Origin: Octopus sinensis
Taxonomy: Eukaryota
DNA length: 64,000 nucleotides
Assembly: GCF_006345805.1 (NCBI RefSeq)
Contig: NW_021833815.1
Location: 10,778-74,777 of the forward strand
Direction of reading: 5' to 3'
Shown here: positions 40,472-54,905 of the stretch, piece by piece
How the letters are laid out: the number at the start of each line of letters is the position of its first letter
Numbering within the stretch: position 1 is the first letter of the stretch
Translations under genes and position numbers: made by a program
Notes under the pieces: model-generated
What the model saw: the letters and a program-made list of their open reading frames with translations, nothing else
What the model was told of the DNA's origin: nothing
Database searches by the model: none

Positions 40472-40508
<37 letters not shown>

Positions 40509-41067
40509 CATACATATATATATATATAATATATATATATATACACATCTCTTTCTCTCTCTCTCCCTCCTTTTCCCTCTCTCTCCCTCTCTTTCTCTTT
40601 CTCTCTCACTCTCTCTCTCCCTCTCTCTCTCTCAGAGTCGGCTGATCTCCCTCCAAGACAGAAATCTAATTCTAGAAATACGTTCTCTTGCAGCTGATTC
40701 CCAGTTAATCCCCGAATCCCGTCCCAGTAACCCACAACTCATCGCTACAAAGAAGTTTCGTTAAATAAACAGTAACCTCATAAAATATTATTAAACTTAT
40801 TATGTAATTGTTAATGTTTTTTTTTCTTCATTAATAAACAATTATAACATTTTCCTTTTTTTTTACTAATGACAATAAAATAAATTCTCTCATAAAAAAG
40901 ACGATTCTATGGAGAGCATTCTATCATAATGAGTACCATGTAAAGCGCATTGTGTCATAGAGAGGACTATAACACAAGGACCAATTTACACACACCGTAT
41001 AAATACCATTCTACTATAAACAGGACTAGCATATATGGTTCCAAATAGTGACCAAATTATTGTATAT

Positions 41068-41742
41068 TCTTTCTACTGTAGGTTCCAGGCCCGACATTTG
41101 GAAGAAAGAGGCTAGTCGATTACATCGACTCCAGTGTGCAGCTGGTACTTTTTTTATGAGCCCTGAAAGAATTAAAAGTAAAGTGGACTTCGGTGGTGTT
41201 TGAATTCAGAACGTAAAAAAAAAAAAAAAAAAAAAGGAAGAAATACCGTTAATATTTGGTCCAGTGTAAAGGCGGCGAGCTGGCAGAAACGTTAGCACAC
41301 TGGGTGAAATGCTTAGCGGTATTTCGTCTGCCGCTACGTTCTGAGTTCAAATTCCGCCGAGGTCGACTTTTCCTTTCATCCTTTCGGGGTCGATAAATTA
41401 AGTACCAGTTACGCACTGGGGTCGATGTAATCGACTTTATCCCTTTGTCTGTCCCTGTTTGTCCCTTCTATGTTTAGCCCCTTGTGGGCAATAAAGAAAT
41501 AAGAAACGTTAGCATGCCAGACGAAATACTTAGCGGTATTTCGTCTGTCTTTACGTTCTGAGTTCAAATTCCGCCGAAGTCGACTTTGCCTTCCATCCCT
41601 TTCGGGGTCGATAAATTAAGTACCAGTTGCGTGCTGGGGTCGATTTATTTGACTGGTCCTCTTCCCAAAAATTTCACGCCTTGTGCCTAGAGTAGAAAAG
41701 AATATTTGATCCAGTGTGCTCATAAATCCGCTAGACCGCCGC
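41068..41742 (-). mobile_element. Older family A SINE interrupted by the dimeric SINE
   Basis: Minus-strand family A sequence 41068-41267 continues at 41718-41742 (GCTCATAAATCCGCTAGACCGCC) after the insertion. Confidence 0.75.
41271..41700 (+). mobile_element. Dimeric tRNA-derived SINE (family A), TSD-bounded
   Basis: A-box-like TGGCAGAAACGT, B box GTTCAAATTCC (41345-41355) and central GCCTTTCATCCTTTCGGGGTCGATAAATTAAGTACCAG domain. Two monomers (41271-41502, 41503-41700). 17-bp TSD AATATTTG(G/A)TCCAGTGT at 41251-41267 and 41701-41717. Confidence 0.9.
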
Positions 41743-41764
41743 TTTAGACTATTTTATAGTATAT

Positions 41765-42232
41765 ATATTTCTTTACTACCCACAAGGGGCTAAACACAGA
41801 GGGGACAAACAAGGAATCACAAACGGATTAAGTCGATTATATCGACCCCAGTGCGTAACTGGTACTTAATTTATCGACCCCGAAAGGATGAAAGGCAAAG
41901 TCGACCTCGGCGGAATTTGAACTCAGAAGGTAACGGCAGACGAAATGCGCCTACGCTTTTCGCCCGACGTGCTAACGTTTCTTCCTGAGTCCCATACAGT
42001 ACACCAAATAAAGATATACATTTCTTTATTGCCCACAAGGGGCTAAACATAGAGGGGACAAACAACGACATCGACCCCAGTGCGAAACTGGTACTTTATT
42101 TATCGACCCCGAAAGGATGAAAGGCAAAGTCCACCTCGGCGGAATTTGAACTCAGAACGTAACGGCTACGCATTTCGCCCGGCGTGCTAACGTTTCTTCC
42201 TGAGTCCCATACAGTACACCAAATAAAGATAT
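41765..42232 (-). mobile_element. Two tandem family A SINE copies sharing a duplicated ~40-bp flank
   Basis: Copies at about 41765-41980 and 42020-42195, each abutting an identical TTCTTCCTGAGTCCCATACAGTACACCAAATAAAGATATA. Confidence 0.85.
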
Positions 42233-43253
42233 AGTGTACCAAATACTAACCTATCATTTAGCGATCACACAGAAGCCATTCTATCACAGAGAGAGGTAAA
42301 GTTGTAAATATTTGAAACATGCACGACTTTACTCTGAATAACGAATGACATAAACGGCAAATTAGCAACAGTGAACATGTTCACTAGTTTATTGTTGTGG
42401 CTGTTGTTGTTGGACCCTAGGTCAACGTTGACCCAGCAATAGTGACTTGCAGCTTAAATTATCCACTGATATCCCTTGTATATGTGCGTATTTGAAGGCA
42501 ATAAGACGTAATCTGAGGAAAACTACTATTATTTCTAGCGAGTCAAGCGACTATGTAGAGGCCTCCCTACCTGGCTGGTGTTAAACTGGTTATTGGGACG
42601 GAGGATGTTTAATTTTCTGACATCCTTCACTCCCGTCCCCTCTAATCATTGACAAGTGCATCAAATCCCGTCCGACATATTACTTGTCAGTTACGGCGCC
42701 AACAAGACGGCAGCAAATGGAAGGGCGGCCATAGTGTTAAACACACCACCGCTGCCACCACTCTGCTGCACCCCCAAACCTGCTAAATTCCATTAGCACC
42801 CCTTCTTTACTCTCCCTAATAATAACAACGGTTGCCTAGTTCTCTATTTGTTTTAATGCCCTCTATATAATGCATGTTTTCCATCCAGGTAAGCTCATAG
42901 CTAACTGTCCGCCATGATGGTTGATGAATATAACATTTGGGTCGGATCTGTTGGGAATTTCAAGTTTAAAAATCGAGACCCAAACCATAGGAGAGAACAT
43001 ACCCATCACCCTTTGCTTTAGCTTTGGTTGCATCGAGATGTGTGTCCGCCGGTCTGTGTGTGTGTGTGCGTGTGGTGTCTGTCTATACACACACACATAC
43101 ACACATACATATATATATATGTAGATTTATATGTATGTATATGTGTGTGTGTGTCTGAATATAAATACATTTATATATATAGAGAGAGAGAGATATGAAT
43201 ACATAAATTTATGTATACATAAATTTATGCATGTATATGTATACATAAATTTA

Positions 43254-43297
<44 letters not shown>

Positions 43298-44999
43298 CAT
43301 GTATACATGTGTGTATGAGTGTGTGTGCTATGTGTATGTGTGCGTGTGTCTGTATATATATATATGCATGTATGTACGTATTCTTATATATACAAACAAA
43401 AACTGATATATTTGATACATTATCCTATTAGTCAGTCATGCTAAAATACTTCTATATTTAGTCCGGATAATATGGCCACCTCCGATGAACCGAATCTTAG
43501 GACCAGTTTCATTCAGTTCCTGATTGTCGCAATGTTATATCGATGCTTCCTTTGGGAGAAATGTCCACCCACCCCACCCACAGCCTTTCTTAATCAATAA
43601 GGTTAATCTTCTATTGATAAATAATTCCAATAACCAAACTCCAAACCTCTGAGTGTATATATCAATGAAGGAAAGTCTGCTAGGATATAAAATATATATG
43701 TAATAGGAAAGTATTGTAGTGGACTTCGATTAATGTGTGTGCTTTTGCGTATATATACATATATACATGCACATATGTGTCTGTACGCATGCATATATAC
43801 GTGTCGGTGTTTTTTATGTATATTATATATATATCTATATATCTACCTGTGTGTGTGTGTGTGTATGTATATATACCAGGTAACCTTGTCTTTTTGTCGT
43901 ATTGATCTACATAGTCCAGCGTATCTTTTCCTTATTTTAAGCAAATACTGAAACAAAAATAAAATTGAAAATATGAAAGTGAAACGAAAAAAAAATTGTG
44001 AAACGAATTTAAACCTTTAAACAATTTATTAAAAAAAATACAAAATTATGATATATTAAAATATGAAATTATATGTAACAATATTGTCACGCCAGCGGAA
44101 GTTAGTCTAGCGAGAGGAAGTGACAAAGAAGTGACTCTAAGTTTAAAATGGCGACAGAAAACCAGTCAGATAAGAGCTGCAGGTTTGGAGCTTGGATTGT
44201 CTTCAAAAATGAACAATATTATCATTAAAATACATCAAAATTGGAATTGTCAAGATTTTGCCGGCATTTTAAATAAATTCGTTTAGTGTTTCAATAACAC
44301 ACACGTACACAGACCTTATGATCAGTTTATCTAACAAATTTTAACCAGACTGAAATAAAAAGATGCAATTTTAAATATTACAATAATTCCATTTACGTTT
44401 TTTTAATGAAAATTGTGCGAAAGATTGGTCATTCCATGTCTGAAGAAAGTTTACCGAATTTTCATATTTTTTATCTTCTTCGTAATCTTTTTCTCGCTCT
44501 CGCTCTCCCCCTCTCTCTGTCTCTCTTTCTTTCTCTCCACACGTTATTTTTCTTACTTTCTTTTTGGTTTTTGTCGTTTGTAATTTCATGGGATTCTAAA
44601 CGATAATTCATTTAATTTTATTTTGATAATCTTTTATGAACCTAATATTTGTATTTGGAGACGTTGCACAACCGTGCTGGCACGGACAGGGGAACGGGGG
44701 GCCTCTTGTGTGCACGGAGGAATGTGGGGGGGGGGCACGTGAAGAAGAAGAAGAAGCGGTTAGGCAAAGATCGAAAGGAAGGTAGATAGGTAGGTAAGTG
44801 GATAGGTAGGTAAGTAAGTTGGTGTGGGTGGATTGGGAGGTGGGGTTTTGTTGTTTTTCAATCATTATTTCATTGGTGCATTTGTAGAAAGTAAATATTG
44901 GGGAAAGCAGATCTGTTTAAAATAATAACGGAGAAGGACGGCGAAAAAGAGTTGAGTAAGAAATGAAAGGAAAATATCTTTTAGGAGAGGAGGGGGAAG

Positions 45000-45195
45000 A
45001 GAGAGAGGAACAGAGACAGAGAAGAGAGAGGGGGACAGAGACAGAGAGAAGAGAGAGACGGACAGAGACAGAGAGAAGAGAGAGAGGGGGACTGAGACAG
45101 AGAGAAGAGAGAGAGGGGGACTGAGACAGAGAGAAGAGAGAGAGGGGGACAGAGATAGAGAGAAGAGAGAGAGAGGGGGGGGACAGAGACAGACA
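45000..45195. repeat. ~28-bp purine-rich minisatellite (GAGACAGAGAAGAGAGAGAGGGGGAC)n
   Basis: About 6-7 imperfect copies at the start of a ~900-bp purine-biased tract. Confidence 0.85.
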
Positions 45196-46690
45196 GACTG
45201 AAAGAATGGTGTGTAATTTAAAAACACAAGACTGGCATTGATTCTTCTGATTGTGCAGATGGACCTAAGAGGAGAAGGTGAGGTAGATGGGGAGCTAGAA
45301 GAGGAAGGAGAAGAAGGAAGCTGGAAAGTAAAGAGAAGGAGAAGATGGAGAAGAAGAAGAAATCAGAAGATGAAGAAGGAAGAATGGTTTGTGACAATAC
45401 CTAAAACAAACAGACAGACGCAAAAGGTCCATCTTTATTCTCTGAGAGTTTTCTTTCATTCTGAGAATTCTTAGAATCTCAACAGGCAAAGTTGGAAATG
45501 AGTTAGAGGTGGGGGGTAGTGAGAGTAGATATGATAGAGGGGGTGATAGGAAGAGAAATAGGAGAGCGTGTAATGAGTGGAGGGAGGAGAGAATGAGATG
45601 GTGAGGTGTGAGTTAGGAACTGAAAAGAGGTGGCAAAGAGAAAGGCAGAGGGAGAGGAAGAGAGGAAGATAAGGGGAAAGAAAATTTAAAGAGAGAGAGA
45701 GAGAGAGAGAGAGAGTAAAGAAGGTGTCAAAGGCAGAAAAAGCGTAGGAAAGAGATGAAAATGATGATAGGGTAAAGAGGAGAAAGAGTGGGAAGTGAAG
45801 AAATAAAGAGAGAGAGAGAGAAAGACGTAGAGAAAAAAAAGGGAAAGAGAGAGAGGGAAATAGAGAGCAAAATTTAGAACTGCAGCAGATATGAAAGGTG
45901 GGAGAGAACAAGAAACACACACACACAAACCAACAAGCACACATGCACATACACAAAATAAATAAATAAATAAATAAATAAATAAGTAAAAAAAAATGTA
46001 AAATTGTTTAAAATCTGAGTGAAATGATTGGCGATGATTGTCGGCCAAACTGGTAATCCGGTGTCTTTCATATGGCGATCATATCATCATTCTATGTTAA
46101 TATTTATGATGAACATCAAACATGAAGAGTTGCCTCGAAAATTTTCAAACTTAATCTTTACAGGCTTTGTTGATTTTTTTCCAGGAAGTCGAACAATTTT
46201 AACACATCGTTTCACACCTCTTATTGCACTTGGCCACTAATAACTTCGTAAACTGATTACGTAGATCGTTTATGTGTGAACACACGCACACACACACACA
46301 TCTATATGTATGTTTGTGTATATATATATATTAGCTGTCATATATGTGCGTGTATAATATAATACATATACATGCACACACATATACACATAAACAAATC
46401 ATAAATGACATATAAATATGCATATACATACAAACATATGCATTATACACTCACGCGCGCGCGTATTTTATTGTCTGTTTACTGGTTTCAGTCATTGGAC
46501 TACGACCATGCTGGAACACCACTTCAGTATATATTTCCTCTACATTGTTATTGTGAAAGGCAGGTCTATCTTTTGACCTAAAGGGATGCAACGCAATGTA
46601 TCGTTTTACACTGATAAGCACAAAAATACAAACGCACACACACATGTTTGGGTTTATATATATGCATATATAATAATAATAATAATAATA

Positions 46691-46740
<50 letters not shown>

Positions 46741-47034
46741 GCAACGACAACAACTATAATATAAATAATATATATGCATACATACATATATGTACATACA
46801 CATGCATAGATGGGTACAGGACACCACAGAATATAAACAACATGAAATACGAAAACAACATAATATACGAAACACGAAAACATGGAACGCAAACATTTTG
46901 TGCGAACAACGAAAGAAACGAATGGAAAACAAGACAAGCAGCAAAAAAAAACGACCCTTCATCAGTTGTCGGCTGTTTTTCAATTTCGTATTTCGATACA
47001 TATATATGTGCAAATACAAACATATATATATTAA

Positions 47035-47086
<52 letters not shown>

Positions 47087-47653
47087 TTATATATATATTC
47101 AAAAGTGTTTTCCAATAAATTTTTGATAAGCTGCAATATGAAACACTTTCTTAAAGTAAAATTAATAATTATTGTTTTTTAAAATGTTAAACGCACGGGA
47201 TGACACGAACCTTTTGGAGGGAAGTTTTTATATTGTGTGTAAGCGCTTTCGTTGTTTAGTTTTCTTCAAACTCACATGTTACTGAGTATAAACTCTACAC
47301 CAATAACAAAATTTAAACTTCCACATCTTTCCTCTAGAGCTGGTATTGTTAATATCTGATATTAATGTCCGACCACGGAGAAAGTCGTTAGACTTGAAAT
47401 TTTGGTTCTGGTGTAGGGATTATATTTAAACCAAAATGTAAATATACAGCACATTCTGTAAACTATTGTGTTCTTTCTTGCATGACTGGTTTTCTTAGAC
47501 TTTGAATTAAGACTACGTCATCCATCCATTCATACATACATACATACATACATACATACATACATACATACATACATACATACATACATACATACATACA
47601 TACATGCATACATACATACATAGATGCATACGTAAATACAAACGTGCTTGCAT

Positions 47654-48220
<567 letters not shown>

Positions 48221-48617
48221 GCTACATACATACATACATACATACATACATACATACTACATACATACACGCACACATACATACACACACATATACATAC
48301 ATACATACATACATACATCATACATACATACATACACACACACACACATGCACAGCCCTTCATACAGGCGGACAGGCATCATGCACCGGCGCTCCTGCCG
48401 CCACCCTTTGGTTGTCATCTTGATGATTCTATTTGATTAATAACCTATTTTCCAGTTTCTCCGAAGTATTTGAGTTGCTGGTTGATATCGTTGATGTCTT
48501 CCAAAGTTGGAGAGGATTAAAGATTAAAGACAAGATTGTTCACGTGACAAAGCTATTATTGATACTGACCTTCCTAATCTATCGATCTGGTCATGTGTCA
48601 TCGAAACCAACTCCCAC

Positions 48618-48650
<33 letters not shown>

Positions 48651-48685
48651 GCTCTCACACATTCCTTTCTGCGGCCTGTCTGTTA

Positions 48686-48716
<31 letters not shown>

Positions 48717-48814
48717 AAAATATGCTAATCAAGACACATCGAACCATAATTAAAAACGCCATCATGTCTGTCTTTGATGTAAATTATTTTGATTCATCAT
48801 CAAATGCTTTGTAG

Positions 48815-49156
48815 CTGTTTAGTTCCCTGATCAGTCCTGATCCAGCAGATTTACGAGTAAGGCGTTCCAACCATGACCATCTTCCTCATAGATGTAAGAA
48901 CATCATTGTGTGTTTTTTTTCTTTGTATTTGGAGAGAGATTTCGCTGCTATTTCTAGCTGGTATATTTCTGTTGGATGCTGTTGTTCAGCCCGAGGTCAA
49001 ACCTGATTCAGCACATCTATGATCACAGGTGCTCCAGCCGTGACCAGTATATCTTTGTATGTATAAGAGATTGCATTGTCCCATGCATCATTATTTAAGA
49101 CACTAGGATGTGATTTGAGGGAGATTTGGCTGCTATTTCTAACCCGCTGGGTGACT
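48815..49156 (-). mobile_element. Two tandem family C copies
   Basis: Both contain GTTTAG/GTTCAG..CCTGAT..AGCA..CCA(A/G)CC(A/G)TGACCA..GAGATTT(C/G)GCTGCTATTTCTA. Confidence 0.78.
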
Positions 49157-50299
49157 GGTGAAATACGATATAGCTGAGCAAGATGTCAATGTGTGATGCT
49201 GTGGGACGATGTCTTAAAAAAAGAATCCCTTCGCACAATGTCTTAGATCTTGACTGAGAATTGCGTAGAACAAGATTTTCTAACAGCACCGAATATTCTT
49301 TTGGGGCTGTGGGATCGGAATACCAAAGTAGCATTCTCTTAATGCTTGTAATCATTCAATGGCATTTGAAGTCAATGCTGTAAGTTAATGAAACACTCGT
49401 TCACGTACACAGTGGTCCTACCTCTTACATAAACATATCTGTGAAGAGGATTGACCAGCAAAATTTCACTCTTCTTTCCATGGAGGTGATGTCACCACAT
49501 CGTGTGACAACAGAGTGTGAACTGTAGATCGTTTGTTCAAAAACATGGACACCATACGAAGACAGAAGCAGACAGGCACTGTGTATGGATTATGCCGAAC
49601 AGACTCTGTATAAGCGATGCTCCAGCTGAGACTTGAGAATCTTCTTAATTTCATTAGCAACTTAAACATATTAAAGAGCTGATGAGATGGCGGAGGGGGT
49701 GAAACTGGCAATAATAGAATTTTATTAAACAAAGTTAAAATATAGTATCTCAGATAATTATATCAATGTACCTGTGACAAAACAGTCACTAATTAAGTGG
49801 GCTTCTGCTTAATTGACAACATCCGGAATACATGAAGTGGTATCGTTGTCGTCAGTGTTGTTGCTGTTGTTGTTGTTGTCGTGAGAGTCTCCGGAAAATA
49901 GAGCAGATATTTATGGCAGAAAAAGAAACAACACAAAAAAACAACAACTTTATTGCAGAATGTAATTATGGAATGTAATCAAGAGGCGACACACAGACAC
50001 CACCGTCAGAAAGAGAGAGAAAGATTTTCCATATAGACAACACCAATAAAGATGACACCCTCAAAGACAGCCCCACCACCACCACCACCACCACACAACT
50101 CTACAAGATAATGAATTTTTATAATAAACCTGAAACAATTTCTCGATTATCCGTCAGAAGTTTAATTACTTATTACACAGTGTTTTAATTATCAGATGAT
50201 TATCTGATTGGCTGGCAAACAATTGAGATTTAACCCCTTAGATATGCCAATGGCCAGGGACATAATGTGGCCGCTAGTTGACGTTTCCCTTTGGATCTT

Positions 50300-50640
50300 C
50301 CCCAGTTCAGGAGGGCCGTGGATCTATACCTGATTCAATTTACCTTTAGTAAGATGTTTGAGGTGGTCGCAGTATGGTGAGTGGGGACCTGTCTAAGGTG
50401 CAGGGCTTGGTATGTTTGTAGGGTAGATGATTGTTGCCCATGCAGGAGTTATCTACTCGCCAGTTCATCGGTGGTGTCCATGAGAAGGGCAAACGGCTGA
50501 TATGGTTTGGCATGAATGGTCAGGACGAAGTTAGGCAATGTCTATGTGCTTATGCACCTCAAGGATGCCAACTCCTGACTTAATGTCGATTAAATGGAAA
50601 CCAGTATATGACTGGTACAGATATTTTTGGTATCGACCAG
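50300..50640 (+). mobile_element. Degenerate LINE endonuclease (APE-like) fragment, possibly L1/Tx1
   Basis: GC-richer island; one frame gives GKRLIWFGMNGQDEVRQCLCAYAPQG, loosely like the GR..V...VYAP motif of L1/Tx1 endonucleases. Heavily decayed. Confidence 0.35.
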
Positions 50641-50788
50641 CGAAATAGATAAATGCATATAGAGACACACACATGCAGACATACATACATACATATATAT
50701 ACATACCTACATTATATATATAATTGTATATACATACATGTGTACATGTATGTACGTTTGTATACTCACAAACACAAACACATATACA

Positions 50789-50841
<53 letters not shown>

Positions 50842-51137
50842 CATATACATATGCATATATATGTGTGTATGTATAATCTATATATATATATACATACATA
50901 TATACATATATACATATATATATATATGTTTATATATATATCTATGTATATCTATATAGATATATATATATACACATCCTACCTATATATATATATGTAC
51001 ATACATATATACATACCTATATATATATATGTACATACATACATATGTATATATATACCACACACGCGCACAACACACACACACACACAAACACACACAC
51101 ACTCACATTACCCACACACACACACAACACTATATAG

Positions 51138-51183
<46 letters not shown>

Positions 51184-51651
51184 ACACAGTTTGCCTGTAA
51201 ACCTATCAGTCTGCCATCTGCCATGTAGCGAGACAGCTGTTTGCTGTAAGAAGGACTCCTTCATCCTCAGCACATCATTAATTACGTATTTAGTACAAAA
51301 CAACGCCACCAGATGTCACTCATGAGTAACATGGCGATGGCTCGATAGAATTTGCCAGAATTGGCTGTGGGCTTCAGAGAAAGAAAGAAGTAGACAATTT
51401 TTTACTTTTTAAAGATCTATATCAACGATATAATATGCTTTTAATATACTTAGAATATATGAACAGATATGTACGGTATATGTTTATAATTACAATATTT
51501 ACACCTATATCTGCGGTGTATATTGATATGCACAATATATGCAAATGTATCTACTGTGCATCTTTATAATACATGTCCTTTAACCATTCTATTCAGTCTA
51601 TGTATATACATACATACTTACATATATATGTGTGTATATATATATATATAG

Positions 51652-51693
<42 letters not shown>

Positions 51694-52756
51694 TCTGGTC
51701 ACTAAACCTTTCACTTGTTTCTGTTTTCGTATTTTTTTCTTTTCCGTTTATAAGATTCAAATTTACTCGAAAATTTAAATCTTTCAGAGAATTAGTCTAA
51801 ACTTTGAAAATAACAAACCCTTCCACTATCAATTTATAAACTATTTCTCCTCTCTCCTCTCTCTCTCTCTCTTATAATAGATATATATATATATATAATA
51901 TATATATATATATGTATATATATATGTATATATATATATATGTGGGTGGTGGGTGTGTATATATATATGTATATGCATGTATGTATGTATATGGATATAT
52001 GTGTATGTATATCTATTACGATAACAAAACAGCAGGGGAGTATTCATATCAGTTGATGTATAGTTATATCAACACAAATACACACACGCACGTGTGTGTG
52101 TGTGGTGTGTGTGTGTGTGTGTGTGTAAGCAATGCAATACAAATAGATAACTTTCCCTCGAGCTGAGCATTTCCTTGTCTGTTCCAAACAAAGAAATCCA
52201 GCTCAACCCAAAACGGCCATTTGTGACGGTTCCATTGTTTCGATTCGCAGGTGTTGGTTTCTCACTTAATAATTATTCTTCACTGATCCCTTCCTTGCTT
52301 GCAACAGCAGAACTGGAAATGTCAACGTTACATGTCTTTATTGTTCAGAGAGTGATTCCTGTCTGTGTTTTGGCTACTAAAACCGTTCCGTAAGCCAAAC
52401 CGAAAGTTGTTCTTCGCAACGGTAATAATTCCATTTGAGAAAAAGTAATAGTTTCTACTGTCAACTTCTCTGTTGGTTTTATGAGCAAGTGTTTATGCTT
52501 TGCTATCAGAACTTGATACCATTCAATGAAGATCTTGTACAAGGTACATAACCACGCCAAATAAATGGGAACAAAATCCTGAAAGAAACAAACAAAATCT
52601 GTCATTTTTGCTTGAGAGAATCAAACTGAACGAGAGAGAGAGAGAGAGAGAGCATTATAGCGGTAAAATGACACGGGTTCCCAAGTGTGCTACAATAACA
52701 TCATAAATCTATAATAGGTTTCATAATGTTCCCTCCTTCTATCTGTCTATCTACCA

Positions 52757-52847
<91 letters not shown>

Positions 52848-53087
52848 AATCTATCTGTTTGTCTGCCTGTCTATCTATCTATCTCGCTAGGTAGCTATCT
52901 CTCTCTCTGTATATATACACATACACACACACGCACACACATATATATATACACACATAGATCTATTTGTCTACAAATCAATTATCTATCTGTCTCACTA
53001 TCTAGCCATCAGTCTATCTGTTTATATTTATCGATCTATCAATGTATCTGTCTGTCTGTTGTATTTCAGTCTACCTACCTATCTATT

Positions 53088-53129
<42 letters not shown>

Positions 53130-54825
53130 GCCTGTCTGTCTGTCTGTCAATCTATCCACCTATATATCTATCAATCTATATATAAAGCCTGTCTACCTAC
53201 CCACCTAACTATTTGTCTATCTATCTGTCTAATTACCTATATATTTGTCTATTTATTTGCTAATCTATCTCTCTATCTATCTTTCCCACACCTCCATTTC
53301 TTTCACCACCCTCCTCTACCCTCTTCTCCATGTTTCCTTCCCCCGCTCACTCTCTCACTCAACCTCTCTCTCTCTCTCTCCCTCTCCCTCTCTTACTCCC
53401 ACTCTCACACAATTTGCTATGTAAACACACTTGGGGATTGAGCTACGTCAGAAAATGGCCAGCGAAGACAAAAGCCTTAAGTTGGTTACATTTGTCCAAG
53501 ATCCTTCTTCTATACATTAGCAAAAATCAACAAAGTAATCCATTCTGAATTATATTATTCCGGCAATGTAGCCTGCGGGAGTATTACTTTGAAATGTTCG
53601 CTCCACTTTGGGCAATGATGCCAGCCGGTCACCCATCTCCCCACCTGTCCACCCAGACAGTCCTACTGCTATGCTTGTTAATATTCCAGCATCTAGTCAG
53701 ACAAATAAAGTAAAGAGACTAGCAATTATAAACCACATTATGTCAAAATTAATAAGCTTCAACCAACGTAGATTTATTTCTCACTTTTTTACATCGATTT
53801 TGTTTTGTCTTCTTTCTTTTCGCGGTTTTTGTCTCCAATATCCCTACTCTTATTCTATTGTATAAAAACAGGAATTGGACGAAGAATTATGAATAAAAAA
53901 AATACACAACTTCTTCCCTTGCACTTAATGTTTTTGATAAGCTTCACTACCTACTCGGTTATTCTTATGTCCTCTAAGTTTTTTTCTTTCATTCATTAAT
54001 CATCTAGCTTCATTTTTTCAGTGTCCTCACCACTCCTCAATTATTTTGTCTTCAATCTCCACGAATTGGTTTTATAACTTAATTCATTGCCCTCTTTTTA
54101 CTTCTTTCTATCTTGCTACAAATATGTGTGTATGTGTGTCTTTGTATGTGTGTGTAATATTATGCATGTATATTATGTATATACACACACACACACACGT
54201 ACACATGAAAACACAAACACCTATACACAGACGTTTATATCTAAAAATGAAGCTGGTAAGAATACTCAATGCAAAAAGAAGTAGAGTGGCTATTCTATTA
54301 GAATTTTCAGTTTCCCGTCTCGCAAATCTTGAATTCCGTGGTACCCGGTTATTCAAACGGTTGAAGTAGGAAAGAAGCAGTGTGACAATATAATATAATA
54401 TAATGAAATTATTGTATACAGTGCTCAGGTGCACCTCAACAATATTCACGAATACATCGAAATATGATGAGTTGACAATGCATGGTAATATTTTGAGATA
54501 TTTAAGAAATATTTGGTTATATATAGCAGCACGACTTCGGTCGTTTGAATACTCGGTTACACGAAACTGAGATTCAAAATCTTCGGTTTCTAGTATTGCG
54601 GAGGTGAGGATTGACGCTGAAATCGACAAATCGTCCGACAAAACTCCTCTTCTATTTCATTCTTCTGAGATCATTACAACAATTGCCATTGGAGTGCCGA
54701 GGGAGTGATGTAATGGACTGTAACCTTGAATGTGTTGCCCCAGCAGTTACGACTGAAGCCAAGGCACGAAACACTTGGTTCTTGAGTCACTATTGTAATC
54801 TTTCTACCTCAATATATACAATATA

Positions 54826-54905
54826 CCGTATATACTCGTGTAAAAGTCGAATTTTTTAGCACTTTCTTTTAATGTTAAATTTATGGGGTCGACTGTTACA
54901 TGGAT
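54826..54905 (+). mobile_element. Solo end of a pogo/Tc2-like DNA transposon
   Basis: TA|CCGTATATACTCGTGTAAAAGTCGA, then GGGGTCGACT: the terminal and subterminal pattern of Tc2/pogo-type elements. No matching second TIR found. Confidence 0.5.

Noticed and set aside
54108-54641. 177-aa minus-strand ORF
   Set aside because: No recognisable motif, ends in a microsatellite and lacks an ATG-supported start.
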